DNA of 64,000 nt. Source: Oikopleura dioica. Lineage: Eukaryota > Animalia > Chordata. The stretch is taken from contig OU015568.1 of assembly GCA_907165135.1 (NCBI GenBank), positions 9,610,001 to 9,674,000 of the forward strand. The letters are read 5' to 3'. Positions 37,655 through 51,164 of this stretch are shown piece after piece (position 1 is the first letter of the stretch; each line of letters begins with the position of its first letter). The position numbers and the translations under genes are program-made. The notes below the pieces were generated by a model that was not told where the DNA came from, did not search any database, and worked only from the letters and a program-made list of their open reading frames with translations.

Positions 37655-38537
37655 TTATTTTTGTTTTTGCAGAAAATCTTCCAAATCGTTGATTGAATAA
37701 TCAAACGGTCCTTTTCCGCCAATAAAGACGACTTGATCGCCTTTGAGCACGACAAGTCGCTCCGGGTGGGCCGCGAATAGAAGGGACAGTCGATTATCCA
37801 TTTTGTCGCATAAAATTTTCGCGTGAAGACCAGCTTGAGCCGCCATCCTCTCTCGAAGTTGATTCGATGCAACAAGTCGTTCAGTCGCGTTCTATTAATT
37901 TCCGTCTAAGATCTAATTGAAAAGTGAGCTGTCAACCTGGTGCGATGAAATTTCAGGCTGATCCTCGAGGGGGATTATCCAACCATCTGTTGGATGCGCC
38001 TCGGCGATGTAGACCACCAAAAAGTTCACGTGAGAGAACTTTTTCGTCGCTTCCTTGAATTTCTTCAGGGAAGCCATGAACGGAGGTCAGGTACAGGAGC
38101 CGAAGTTGAGGACAGTAAGCCCGTCGTTTTCATCGAGAAAAGATCGTATTGGCTTTTTTGCGGCTCGAAAACTTGCCTTCATTTTTGAGAAAATCGTTTT
38201 GTTTTTTGAACCCATTCCTTAGTTTGACCATAAGGATCGATGATCTCCAAGTTTTGTGGAAGCTTTTGTCCAGTTTTCAGAAGTGGCTCAAGCTTGTTGA
38301 TTTCATACATCGTTTTGAACATTTTCCATCCTCCAAAAATTTTCGTTTCGAGACGTTTTTCTAGCGCTTCTCCATGATACTCCTTTTGAAATGAAAAATG
38401 ATCAGATTTTTTTGACTACTTACTCCTTCAAGATGTTTTCGTTTGATAAACTTGGGCAAGTAATCGAGGACGAGAATGATAACCGAGCTGAAAAGTGCCC
38501 CAGCAAAAGCCTTCACTTCTCTTTTTATTGCATCCAT
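37655..38537 (-). CDS. DIO: Iodothyronine deiodinase, selenoprotein (Sec TGA at 38087-38089), multi-exon
   Basis: N-terminal anchor AFAGALFSSVIILVLDYL; LTVLNFGSCT(TGA)PPFMASL; FLVVYIAEAHPTDGW; AAHPERLVVL..GGKGPFDY; downstream SECIS. Confidence 0.95.
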
Positions 38538-38760
38538 CTCAAGTTCAAATCATTTGGCCACAATAATAAAGAGAGAAAAACGTTCTCGAAAGATCTACTG
38601 AGGCGATCTTTTTGTTTGAATATTTACTTTTCTCGTTGCTCTCATTATATATTCATGGTTGCAAAATGGGGGTTCCCTTAGTTCATTTTTGGCTGAAACA
38701 TAAAATTTTCAGTAATTTTCTTTTATTGAGAAATCATTTTTACAGAGTAAAAGTTTACTT

Positions 38761-39893
38761 TTAGTTGTTATTATTGTCATCTTTTCGCTGATAGTAAGTG
38801 TAATCGATAAGAATTGCTTGTCCGATGATCGCCAATTTTTCTGTATTAGAAGCAGTTGCTGGGAAGGCGATCACGTGGGTAGATGCATTGTTTGCTTAAT
38901 TCAAATCATAGAAGAAAGTAAAACGAAAAAAACACTACCTTCTTGCCAGCAAGCAGAGCAGCCAGTCTTTCCTCCAGCCCAATACTTTGTAATGCTTCCT
39001 ACTTCCTGAAAAAAAAAAAGAATTTTCTTTGTAAAATTTCTTATGACTTTGTACCTGTCCGTTGGCGTCAAAAATTGGATAGGGAACATCATTGCAGCAA
39101 ATCGCCGACGTGCAAAATTCTTCTTTGACGATTTCGAAAACGACTCGTTTGGAAACTTCATCTGTGATGAAAAAGCTGGCTTTGCCGCAACCGCCGTCGC
39201 GTTGTTGAATCTTGTGCGTTTCACTCCCCTTGAAATACGCTAAAAATGAAATCAACAAAGAGGAAGAATGTTTTGCTGCTCACTTGACAAATGAGCAAGT
39301 CCTTTTTCCATCCAGCAAAGTCCACAACACGCTTCTCTCGAACAAAGACCGCAGCAACCGAAGCAAGCTGTCATGCAAGGAGCGCAGCACCCACATTGAC
39401 AAGGTGTTAGTCCAACAGCTCGTGCTTTCGAAAGATGATACTTCCCCTTCCCGCCATACTCGGTGTTGATTGTCTGATCAGGATATGCCGCATGAGTCGC
39501 TACATTGGACATTTGAAGTGGGATTTCAGCTTCGCGGTGGCCAGCGAAGCAGTTACGGACACAGTAGCCTTGGCAACCGTCTCCGATCTCGTTTTCTTGG
39601 CCGAAGAAGAGGGTTTCACCCGTGTCCGCGTCCCACATGTCATACTTATTTCGTCTAAGGAGCGTTTTTATGAAGATTTTCATATTTATATGATAATCTT
39701 GATAGATCAATTAAAAGCTAAAAACCAAAACTTACCTGTCAAAATCAGTGAAAGCTTCAATCAGCGAAAGTCTCTGTTGAATAACAACTCTTCTTACCCC
39801 ATCCAAGTGTTCTGCATTTCCATTATTCGTCCCCTCGGCATCAGAAGCTTGCGCCTTGAATTTTTGGCTATTTGGCTGGATCGTAATCACCAT
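38761..39893 (-). CDS. PLSCR: Phospholipid scramblase-family protein, tandem copy 1
   Basis: HLDGVRRVVIQQRLSLIEAFTDFD|RNKY, CVRNCFAGHRE, CCNDVPYPIFD, EVGSITKYW, VIAFP..EKLAIIGQAILIDYTYY. An extra 5' exon is possible. Confidence 0.8.
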
Positions 39894-40257
39894 CTCTGAT
39901 GAAGGCATTTGTGTTGCCTCTTACTCGTCTCGTTGTTATTTTTACGAGCAAGGATTCACTCTAGTTATTTCCTCTTTCGCTCGCAAAGTTTAAAGCTGAA
40001 AGGGGATCTGCTCATTCAGACGAGTGATGAATAAAAAATCAACAATGGTTGAACTCTAGGAGTCGAGCTCCGTGGGTTTGTAATTAGCAATAATCGCTGT
40101 CAATTGGCGTAGAAATCGGACAAAGCAAAAAATTGAAAGTTTATTTTGACAATTCAAAGTCTGAATTTCAGACTCTCTGACTTTTGTATTCATAATTGCA
40201 GAAAATTTATTGGATTTTTATTGATTGAGAGTTGTTTTATACAGTCAGAGGAAGCAT

Positions 40258-41411
40258 CTATTGGCCACCGTTGTTGTCGTCTTTTCGCTGGTAGTAAGTG
40301 TAGTCGATGAGAATGGCTTGTCCGATGATTGCCAATTTTTCCGTATGAGACGCAGTTGGTGGGAAAGAAATCACGTGGGTCGATGCATTGTTCGCTAGAA
40401 AATTCAAGAGATGCAGCGGTAAATGATATACCTTCTTGCCAGCAAGCAGAGCAACCAGTTTTGCCTCCAGCCCAGTATTTTGTGATGCTTCCTACTTGCT
40501 AAAAAGAACTTTATTATTAAAGAACCAAATTATTGCATACTGATCCGCTGGCGTCGAAAATAGGGTAAGGAACATCATTGCAGCAGATTGCTGACGTGCA
40601 GAATTCTTCTTTGACGATTTCAAAAACGACTCGCTTGGAAACTTCATCAGTGATGAAAAAGCTCGCTTTGCCACAACCGCCATCGCGTTGTTGAATCTTG
40701 TGTGTTTCGTTTCCCTTGAAATATGCTAAACGGAAATCAACGAGGAGTACGGTCAATATTCGTACTTGAAAGATGAGCAAGTCCCTTTTCCATCCAACAA
40801 GTGCCACAGCAAGCGTCTCTTGGGCAAAGTCCGCCACAGCCATGAAAGCAACGATGGCAGCTAGCCACACATTCGCATTCACACGGCTGAAGGCCAACAG
40901 CTCTCGCTTTGGAAAGATGATACATTCCCTTGCCGCCGTATGCTTCATTTACATCGTTGACGGCCATTTGGAGAGGGATTTCAGCCTCTCGGTGGCCGGC
41001 AAAGCAGCCACGAATACAATAGCCTTGACAACGACTGCCGATCTCGTTTTCATGCCCGAAGAAGAGGGTTTCGCCTGTGTCTGCGTCCCACATGTCATAT
41101 TTATTGCGGCTAATCCGTTTTTCAACTTTTCGTACAGCTTCTCTTACCGGTCAAAATCAGTGAAGGCTTCAATCAAAGAAAGCCTTTGTTGAATTACTAC
41201 TCTTCTGACTCCGTCAAGATATTCCACTTTTCCATAATTCTCTGCCTCGGCATCAGAAATCTGTGCCTTGAACCTTTGGCTGTTTGGCTGGATTGTTATC
41301 GGCTCTGAACAAATTATTCATTCTTAGGGAGTCAGAATTTTTATGAATTGAAATTTTGTGCATTGAAAATTGAAGGTTTTTACCATTTTGAATAGGGTGA
41401 ACAGAATTCAT
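40258..41411 (-). CDS. PLSCR: Phospholipid scramblase-family protein, tandem copy 2
   Basis: Colinear paralogue of copy 1 with the same intron positions; start MNSVHPIQN| inferred. Confidence 0.8.
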
Positions 41412-42287
41412 GGCACGTAGACTGACAGTTTACTTTCTCTACTTTCTTGAGTTTGCAATATCGATTTGGGAATCATGCACCCCGCATTTAGAAATAGAAT
41501 GAATTATAAATCCCAATCAGTTTTTAATCCCAAAAATATATTGTTTCAGATTTAAACATTCAATAATTACCAATTAATTACCTTGGTTTCCCTTTCCCAT
41601 CTCGATCGACTCCATTTCCACGAAATCGTAATCAAACTTTCGGTTTTGAGCTCTAGAGAAAAAACGTCGTTTTTTCTGTTTTGCAAGTTCTATTTTTTTA
41701 ACTTTTGAAGGTTTTGCAATTTGAGTCTGGCACTTTACGCTTGCGTGCACTCTTTCTTTATCTCGGCTCTTTATCGCAGGGAGGATGCTAATTTTGAACC
41801 GAAATGTAAACTCGAAAATGGTGATCCTAATCGATCATAATTGAGGGCTCTTGTCATGAATTGAATTTCAGAAAAAAATCTGAAATTTATCAAAATCATC
41901 GGACCCTCAATAAGAATGTTCTGTTCGAAATTGAGAAGAGGACAACTGAGTAGAATTCCGTTGGTTTTAGTACTCAAACAGCACTAGAATTATATTTGCG
42001 TGTTGCCAATGCATGAATGACTCCAGTAACCCCGGGGCAAACCTTTATACATTCCAAGCTCACTAAGTTCTATTTCGCAGTTTAAAGTAATTCAAGAGAA
42101 ACTTCAAAAATGATCGAGGAAAGCCGTTTTCAATTTGGGCACGGGTTAGATATTTCTTATTTGCATCTTATAAAATGAAAATCCAAAATATCTAACCTTG
42201 ATTTTAGAGATTTGGTTTTCGCGAAAGTCAAAGATTTTCCATTCTGGCCAGCTAGAATCGACTGCCTCCGACTTTCAGCCTACAAAA

Positions 42288-43176
42288 ATGGGGCTCAATC
42301 TGATCAACCAACCAATTCGATATAGTAAGGGTCTGATAGCGAATCTTATCCTCACCATTATTTGCAGCTGGCCAGTTTTCTTCTATGGAACACATGAGCT
42401 CTTGTGGATTCATGATCGAAATCTGAAGCCATTTGAAGCCAACAGAAAAGAGCTCGGAACCGCCTCAAATCTGAAGAGTTTCAGGCAAGCGATGGTCGAA
42501 GCATTTACCAAACCTTTGGTCGATTTTCAGGGACAGGTTAAAATATCATTTTCTTGTAAGAAATTGTAAAAATCAAATCATTTTTTTGACCTGTGAAAAG
42601 TTCAAAGAATGTTCAACCAAGCCAGAGCGTGAAAAAATTAACGCTTGGTTGGACGCTCTTTCGGAAGAAAAACTTGAGACCGGATGGGACGAGCTTGTCA
42701 ACGAAACGAATTCTGGCTCCTCTGAAGACTCAGAAGAGTCGGACATGGAAGTTGATGGTGCTGAAGAGCTTCATAAGGACGAAAATACTTTCATAAAGAT
42801 GGCGAGTTTGGAGGTTGATGATTCTTTTGGGATGATGTTTGACAGGCCGCTTTATGGAAGAGTCGTTTCTAAGAATAAGAAGAGCATCAAAGCGCAGTTT
42901 TATTCCAGAGCAACAAGGACTACTGACGAGTATCACTGTAGAAATCCGAAGAGCCATCCGATTCCGATTGATCAACAGGGATTTATTTTCTATCATTATG
43001 ACAAGGTACAGAATTGACAGTTAGGATAGATACAGTTGATTCAGAAATTCGTTGATTACGAAGACGAAAGCGGAGTAAAAATCATGAAGATGCTGACCCA
43101 CGAACACGACGATGTCGACCAAGAATGGGAAAAGTGGAACATCCACGTGATGAAGTTTCTGTCCGCCTCAAAATGA
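42288..43176 (+). CDS. Hypothetical protein (3 exons) with acidic linker and C-terminal beta-rich domain; possibly transposon-derived
   Basis: Open frames joined by GT-AG introns; motif LYGRVVSKNKKSIKAQFY..GFIFY resembles C-terminal domains seen in DNA-transposon ORFs (impression only). Confidence 0.4.
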
Positions 43177-44825
43177 GCCTTTTTTAAATAAATAAGAAAA
43201 AACGTATAACGGAAAGAATCAATTATTCAGTCTTCCCCTCTGTGCCTTGTCGTATTAAAATCAGCTTGCAAAGGCTTCAGTTTCAAATTAGCCACGGTAG
43301 ATTTTTAAAAATGTATTCATCGACCTTGAGTGTTGCTTTTGGCAAGGAAGGAGCACTCGTCGAACTCTGAGGTTTTATTGAATAGCAAATAGCCAAAAAG
43401 AGAATATCTTGAGGTCGACTTCTTTCGGGCAAATAAAAAATATAGGTCGAGAAAAAAAGTTGATAAAGCAAAAAAGATTGTCGAAAGAGTTAACTTAGAT
43501 GTACGTTTGGAGAAGAAAGTGACTCAATTTTCACTGACAGGCGACAAGAAAATCCTTCTGACTTTTCTCTGGCGAAAAGGCGGCGCTCAGAAACTGATGG
43601 AAGATGACGGCGGTTGCGCATCTTCCCAAAAGCGATCATTTCTAAAAGCGGCAAACAGAGATGAGCTTGATTCGGTCAAAAAATCGACCGATTCAGAGGA
43701 TTTTCCTTGCTGATCCGTTTGATGGAGAATTTCAGGGAACACGGTCGATAAGAAACGGCGCTTTTATATTTGGTGTAAGTTTTCAATCGGCAATTATGAA
43801 CAATGAGGGAAGAGAGCTAGATTTTTTTACTGAATAAGAGGAATTAAATAAAAGGAACGTCATAAACGTTTTATGCTTCAAAATCGTCGTGAGATCCCAA
43901 TTAAATATTTATTTTTTCAATTTTCAAAGCTCTATTTATTTAACTGGGCACTTCCAATCTTCCAGTGAATAATTCTTTGTAAACTAAATTGGTAGATTCT
44001 CAACAAGCTAGAATCTTCTGTCAATCAAAAAAAGAGGCTTTACACTTCAAAAAACGTTCAAAAAAATTGAACAAAAGTGATTTTTTTTTTGAAAAAGCGT
44101 GTAGCTCTTCAATAGCTTCTTTTTGAAAGAAGGATGCTCTACTGATGAGTTTTTTATTGTGAGCCCGGAGGCAGTTGATCTCAGAATCACAAACCGTGGT
44201 CGCCGAAAAAGGGCTCTGTTTGCCATTTTTTGACAAAAATCGTGGCCAGTGATTTGCAATAGCAGAGAGTAAATATGTCCAGCCAAAGAGAAAAAAAGAC
44301 GATTTGAGAAAGAATCTCGTAAAAAATGGGAAAAGTTGAAATTAAACTTGACGATTTGGATGTTCTCAGTGAGGCGTCTTTGATTAATGAGGTACCTTAT
44401 TTGAAAAGAGAGGTATTTTAGGAATTCATTCTTAAAAAAAGAGAATAATTCTCTCTTATCTTCTGTATTCATATAATGAAAAATGAATACTAAGAGCTTT
44501 TTCTGACGAAAAGAGTAGAAATTTGCGTCAATAAATTTTTGACATTGTCTCCTTTTAATTCAATAAAGCCTCGCCCGAGCCATTTACAAGACCGACCAAA
44601 GGCCTTTGTTTCGAGTAATTTTAACAAAGTTATCTGTAAGCGAGCAATTTAGCCTGAATCACCGGCAGATTCCACAGATGAGCTCTGTAGACTCTACAGT
44701 GTAGAGTTTACCCGTCTAGCATTTTCATAATAATCCCGAGAGGACGAGTTTTATGATTTTTTATGGCCTGTCTCAAGTGAGTAACTAAAAAATAACTGTC
44801 TGTCAAAATAAAAATAGTTTGTCAA

Positions 44826-47800
44826 ATGAATATTATACATGTACTTCCGTCGTTAGAGGTTCTCAGAAGAATCGTGACTAATAGAGAAAACTGAAACTGT
44901 TAATTCAGGACGACGAAGAGTACGATATCGATGTGGATGAAAGGGTTGAAAACTCAGCACTTGTAAGTTATTCTTTGATGGGCAATTTTGAGCTCGTCCA
45001 ATCAGAGCGGCCCATCTCGATGGAAAATTTTTTTATCCCAAGCTTCCTCTGTAGAACTTTTAATTCTAGTACACAGATGACTGGGCAACAATTTACCCCT
45101 CAACAAGCCGTGAAAACAACAAGAAACGCTGCAAGCACAATTTCGCCCCCATCCTTACTGGAAAAATGAGTTTCTTCATCTCCATCAAACCAATAAACGC
45201 TACAGTAGCTGAAACTGGCATCAAACAGGTACTCACTTATCTTCATTTTTTAATTATTATACCCTCCTGTCAGGCGTTTTATAAATATATGTACACGATT
45301 TCATTGGAGCATGATGGGTATGTCAAAAGAACGATAGAGTGCAAATGGGACGAGTTGTGGAAGTTGCATCTGCACATCGCGACGCAGCTAAAAAGCAGAA
45401 TGAAACTTAGAGAAGGTAGAAATCAAAATTAAAAAAAAAACGGAAAACTATGAAAAATTCAGATAAAAAGAAAGAAATAAAAGAAAAAGAAATTATCAGC
45501 CGGCAAACTCGGCACACTTCCCACCATCTTCCCGCGCATTCTCAAGCCTATCGCACTAGTTCCGTGACTCAACCCTCTTCCACCCTTCCCAACGGTGCTT
45601 CCGCTCAAAAAAGATTCAGCAAGTCAATCAGGCAAGTCTTCAAATCATGTATTCCATCAAAAAAGACTCATTTTAGTCATGATCCGCAATCAACGAAGAA
45701 AAGCCGCCTGGGTCTTCGTTGGAGAGAAACCTTCCGTCGCGGCCGAAATTCAACAAAAACTCGAAAAACCGCTCGTTTCCCTAAAAGCCCGATGGACATG
45801 CATGTCAAAGAAACAGAACTAGAAGGAAGAGCGCAACAGATAAAGGAGTACTTTGAGCGAATTTTCAATTCGAAGCAACGATCAAATTATCGAAACATGG
45901 AGCAGTTCAAGGAATTTTTCGGATTGAGTCAGTTCACGTACATTCGGGATCTAGGATCTGTTGGCTACGAAGGATTGCTTCAAAAACGCTCTGGAGGAGA
46001 GCGACAAAGCTTCACAAAAAGCCTCACTCGATGCCACTGCGGAGATCTTTTCAAAACTTGGAGAAATCGATGGTTCATCCTGAGAGACTCCTTTCTTGCG
46101 TATTTCAAAGAAAACTCGATGCAGTTCGTTATGCTTTTCGACAATCAAACTAGCTGCACGCAGTATGGAAGAGAATTTGAGATTAAAAATCTCCAACGAC
46201 GTTTGACTATCAAATGCAAAGACGAAGCCGAAGCAACCACTTGGAAGAAACAAATCGACTTTATCAAAAAGGACAACGAAGCTGGCTACATGCCGGAAAA
46301 TGAAAACTCCCATGGCTCGTTTGCACCGGTGAGAAAAGGTTCAAGGGCGAGATGGTTCGTTTGCGGGCAAGATTATTTCGTTGCAATCAAGGAGGCGATA
46401 GATTTAGCGAAAGAAGAAATCTTCATCGCTGACTGGTGGTTCATGCCCTGTATAGAATTGATTAGAACTGAAAATCAACGAATCACGCTGGAGGAAACAC
46501 TGACCGATGCGGTCAAAAGGGGCGTCAAAATTTTCATCCTTGTCTTCAACTCGAATATGGAGAGTCAACTCAAACTGATGAACTACATCAACTGCAAGAA
46601 TTTAGTCAAACGCGTCCGCGCGACAGTGAAGAATAAAATTGGCTCCGTCGACGGTGACATTTATTACTTGGCCTATCCTGATATCCGGGCAGCGACGGAA
46701 AAAGACGTCGCCGGGTTGCAATGGGCGCATCATGAAAAATTGCTGGTTGTTGATCAAAGTGTTGCGTTGCTTGGTGGCATCGACCTTTGCATAGGAAGAT
46801 ATGAGGAGCACGGTAAATACCCGCTTTTTGACGACTCAGACGACAAATTTACGGGCTACGATTATTTCAACCACTACGAAGTGCTCGACTGGGAGCAGCC
46901 TAGGAAAGATTTAAAAAGGTAAATTACCTTGATTATCAATTGAGGTCATGATCGTTAATATGAATCCATATGTGGCTATTTATTTATCGCTTATTTCAGA
47001 ACCCCGTGGCACGACATTGCTTGTCAAATCTTCGGAGAAAGTGCACGTGATCTTGCTCGCCACTTTATCCAGCGCTGGAATTTTTCGAAAAGAAAGCTGA
47101 AGAAAACTAGAACAGAGTATGATCGACCAATGATTCTTCCTAAATGCATAAAAGCAGATTACAAGATCAAAGCGAGATTTTCTGGCCATTTTGATCTTGC
47201 TACGGATGTTGAGAGTATTCAAGGTACTGTAATTGTATCGAAGAGCAGCAGTAACATTATTTTCAGTTCTACGATCTGTCGGAAAAACATCTGCGGGGTT
47301 GAAAGAGAAGGAAAACTCGATCTACCGCGCGTATTCGGAAATGATCAAACTTTCAAAACGCTTCATTTACATCGAAAACCAATTCTTCGTTTCTGACGCG
47401 ACGATCGACTCCCGAGAATCTCCCCACTCTAACAGCAGAATACAGAACAAGATCGCATCTTTGATCGCCGCTAGAATTATTATTGCCTTTGAGAAGGGCG
47501 AAGATTTCAAAGTTTACATTGTGCTTCCCGAAACAGCTGGTTTTCCTGGAAAATTTGAGGATCGAAACTGCCCAGAACAGGAGCTTTTCTTCCATCTTCA
47601 GGTGAATTTATCACGCTTGTATTTATCTCATCAAATTCTAGCGCCACGGCCTGACAGAAGGAATCCACTCAATTCAACACCAGTTAGATTTGCACACCTC
47701 AAAGATGAAGTCAAAGACTCCCAACAAGCTAATCATGTTCCACAAATACATCTCCATCGCCGCGTTTCACAAATGGGAAGAACGAAACAATGAGCTCTTT

Positions 47801-48409
47801 CACTCACCGATTTACGTTCACTCGAAGCTGATGATTGTCGATGACGAGAGATGTATCATTGGAAGTGCAAATATTAACGATAGGTCTATGCTTGGCGATA
47901 GGGATTCTGAAACTGCCGTTCTTGTTCATGGTTTGTTCTTCATTTGAAGCAAGAAATGATCTATTTTCAGGACGAGAATTCTGTAATTCTCTCCGTCTAA
48001 AAATCTGGTCTGCGGCTCTTGGATCCATGAACGGCCTTGACCTTTGCCCGAGCAAAGACGAGTTTTTCTTCAATCACTGGCTAAAAGTTTCAATCGCCAA
48101 TTCTGCCGCGCTTTGGGAAGCCTTCCACAACTTGCCGAATGATTTAGTCAAGGTTCAAAATTTCAGAATCGTCAGAGTCTTTATCATTTTTAGGAGTATA
48201 TGAACCCTCACGATCCGTCCTGGCTGGAATGGAAAGAGGAATACAAACGTAAAGAAAACCTCCCGACGGAGCAAAAACTAGAAGCCCTCAAAAAATTCCA
48301 AGGATTCCTCATCAAATACCAAACTGGTTTTGCTTCAAACAACCGAGAAATCGAAACTTCTGTCGCTAGAGTTAATATAACTCACAACGCTGCCAATCTT
48401 TTCCTGTAG
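44826..48409 (+). CDS. PLD: Phospholipase D1/D2 family (PX-PH-HKD-HKD), multi-exon
   Basis: PH domain ([27 protein letters not shown]), [12 protein letters not shown]1 [27 protein letters not shown]2 [30 protein letters not shown]. Start codon inferred. Confidence 0.93.
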
Positions 48410-48447
48410 CTACTCATTCCCGATTATCAAATACAGATACATATTTA

Positions 48448-50030
48448 TTATAAAGAATGCGAAGAAAGAAGCATGCAATTGAGGCCGTTTTCTATCGAAT
48501 CGTAAGAAAAACCCAAGCAGTTTTCTTCTAATCTGCAGAGCATAAAGCAAGCTTTGTCGATTTCTTTTTTCGATCGCGGATGATGAAGAGCTATTTTTGA
48601 TCGTTTGATAAACAGTTGCTCTATAAAACAATTGAAACCACACTGTGTCAGCACAATCTAAGAAAACCTGATAAAGGGTAGTGGTGCATCTTCGGAAATT
48701 TCATCTTTTCCGCTCGACACGAAATTTTTTTATCACCAATATTTTCCCCCTGAAATTCTTCATGTACAATCGTTCTCAAACAGTACCTGTATAAAGCATG
48801 AGTCATCAAATGCACATGGACGAGGAGCATCAAGCAGTCCAGCAAAAAAGCCATCAACAATCATTTTGCATGGAAAAATTCCATGTTCAATTTCATTTTC
48901 TGTAACCATATCGTCAATCGTGAATCTTACATCGCATAAACCGCACTCTGTTGCCGTTGGATCAGTTGCAAAGGAACCAGCAGGACATTTAATCGCCTCA
49001 GCCATTGTAGAATTCGGACAGAGATGCTCTGGAGGACACGGCAAACAGATACTCTGGCCAGCTTCCGGCTGAAATTATTGAATATCTTTCTGTGAATTAG
49101 CTCAAACCTGATATGTGCCAGGATGACAATCGGTTTGGCGAGTGAGTCCTGCGCCATGGCATTTATAACCGGGGTTGCAGGGTGAGCACAAATCATCAGA
49201 ATACGACGGTTTGTATGTTCCACTTTCGCACAACCTGATAAGCGTTATAAGAGATTTTCTAAAGGCAATTACGTTGGAATAGTTGAAGCATTGCCTCTTG
49301 CCTCGTATCCAGGTGGTGTTTCAAAGCACTTAATCCGTTACGTTCGGATATAAAATCTGTTAAAAGCATACTTGAGTCATTCCTTGTCTAAGATTATAGT
49401 GTCCTTCTGGGCATGGTTTGCACTCTGCTCCGTGAAATTCGGCTTGATAATATCCTGGTTCACAAAGATATGAATATGCATTCACACAGTAATGCCCAGG
49501 CGTACTTTTACTATTGTTCAAAAATTTGTTCAACATTTATATGATATAAATTGTTACTAAGTTTTGAACAGAAGCAAGAATCACAGCCGTTGCGCCACGC
49601 ATTGACAAAGTATCCGCTCTGACAAGTTAGGCAAACTTTTTGTTAAATATTCGTAAATGTTTTGATTTCATCAAGAATTACCTGAGGCTCCTTTTTCAGA
49701 AAAACTTTCATCTGGACAAAGATGACAGCTGGTAGCTCCTCTTTTGTCCTGATACTCGTTAGTCGAGCATGGGTATTTCTTTCCCCAGGAGCATCGATGA
49801 CCAACTGGGCAATCTTCACAATGCGCCCATCCACGATTACTATACGTTCCTTTTCAGGGAATGCATCTGATTACTTTCTCTATAAACTCTCAATTTATCA
49901 AGCATCATTCCTGCTCCACATCGATATTTTTGCTCAAAACCGCCCGGGCAAGCGTAACCGGCTTCGCAAACACTGCAAAAACTATCTTCCCAGGACCAGG
50001 AGAGTTCTTTGCCTTCCTCACACATATTTT
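48448..50030 (-). CDS. Cys-rich repeat (ephrin-receptor-like/GCC2-GCC3 type) protein with C-terminal PAN/apple-like domain; 5' end unresolved
   Basis: FCSVCEAGYACPGG..RCGAG; CPPEHLCPNS..KCPAGSFATDPTATECGLC; terminal ACFMLCRLEENCLGFSY..NC. Confidence 0.7.
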
Positions 50031-50681
50031 TTCTTTTCGTAATTTTTCAATTTAGCAACTTCTTTTTATACATTTCATAAAATATTAATACAACAGTCAA
50101 TTGAAAGTAAATAAATTATTCATTTTTTTACCCAAAGCTTTCAGACAAAACTCAAATTCAAGACAAATTTTGATCATTTATGAATTTGTCCCGGAAATTG
50201 TCCGTAAGTTCATCTTAATCACGTTCTAACGATCCCGATTGGTGTCAGCTACTAGGGCGGCAATTGACAATTGTTGACGTGGGAAATTCATCTGCCGTCT
50301 TTTCGCATTCTTTAGAGGGCTCGGACGAGGGGAAGCACCCGCCAGAAATATATTCAAGCGACGAATAAAGCCCCCGTTTCAATTTGACAGGGTAAAACGT
50401 GTTCTGCATTTTGAATAAACAAACTCTGATTAACTCATTCCCGGACAGGAAACATGTGTTTGTTTTTCGTATATTACCATAATTATTTACTGAAAGCGTC
50501 AATTTTTATGAGGTTTCTGTTAGATAGGTCCTAATAATCCTCTCAATCGTAAGAATGAATAAGTCTGGCTGTGATAGATTTATTTGACTTTAAATAATTT
50601 TTAACTGACGCCTTTATTTAAAGCCGCACTCTATCCTCTTGGACTTAGTCTTAGTAAAGAGAATTTAGTTTACATTTTAAA

Positions 50682-51026
50682 ATGGTACTGGAAGATGTCT
50701 GTTTCCCAGAACAAGGGCCTGGCTATATTGGAAACCGGACGCTCTGCATAATTGGATGGACTGGCATTGTTCTGGCATGTCTTGCAGCTATAGGTAAGGA
50801 CTCTCCTTTATTCTTTCCGCTCTATTTTCAGGACTTTTTATTGGACTATTATTTCTCTACATCGCACCATACCTGGAGAGAAGACAAAATGATTCCGAAA
50901 ATAATTTACCAAGCCGCGAGTATTTCTATTGCTGCATGAAGAAAAAAAAAAGAAAAACAAGTAAATGTTGACCCTGAAGACCCTGAAGAACCTGAAAAAT
51001 CAGTCAAAAACCCATATGAAAAATAA
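50682..51026 (+). CDS. Small single-pass membrane protein, tandem family copy A (2 exons)
   Basis: MVLEDVCFPEQGPGYIGNRTLCIIGWTGIVLACLAAI|GLFIGLLFLYIAPYL...NPYEK*. Confidence 0.7.
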
Positions 51027-51164
51027 TGTACTGTCTTACACTTTTGGCAATAATCAAACACTGTGAACCAAGAATAAAAAGAATCATGAAACGCTATTTG
51101 ACTTCTAATAACATCAGATTTCATGCCGCACTTTTTTTATTCAAGAGAGTTTCGAATTTAATAA

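Noticed and set aside
43283-44472. Short ORFs between the 42-kb hypothetical gene and PLD
   Set aside because: A/T-run-rich frames with no motif and no consistent exon chain.
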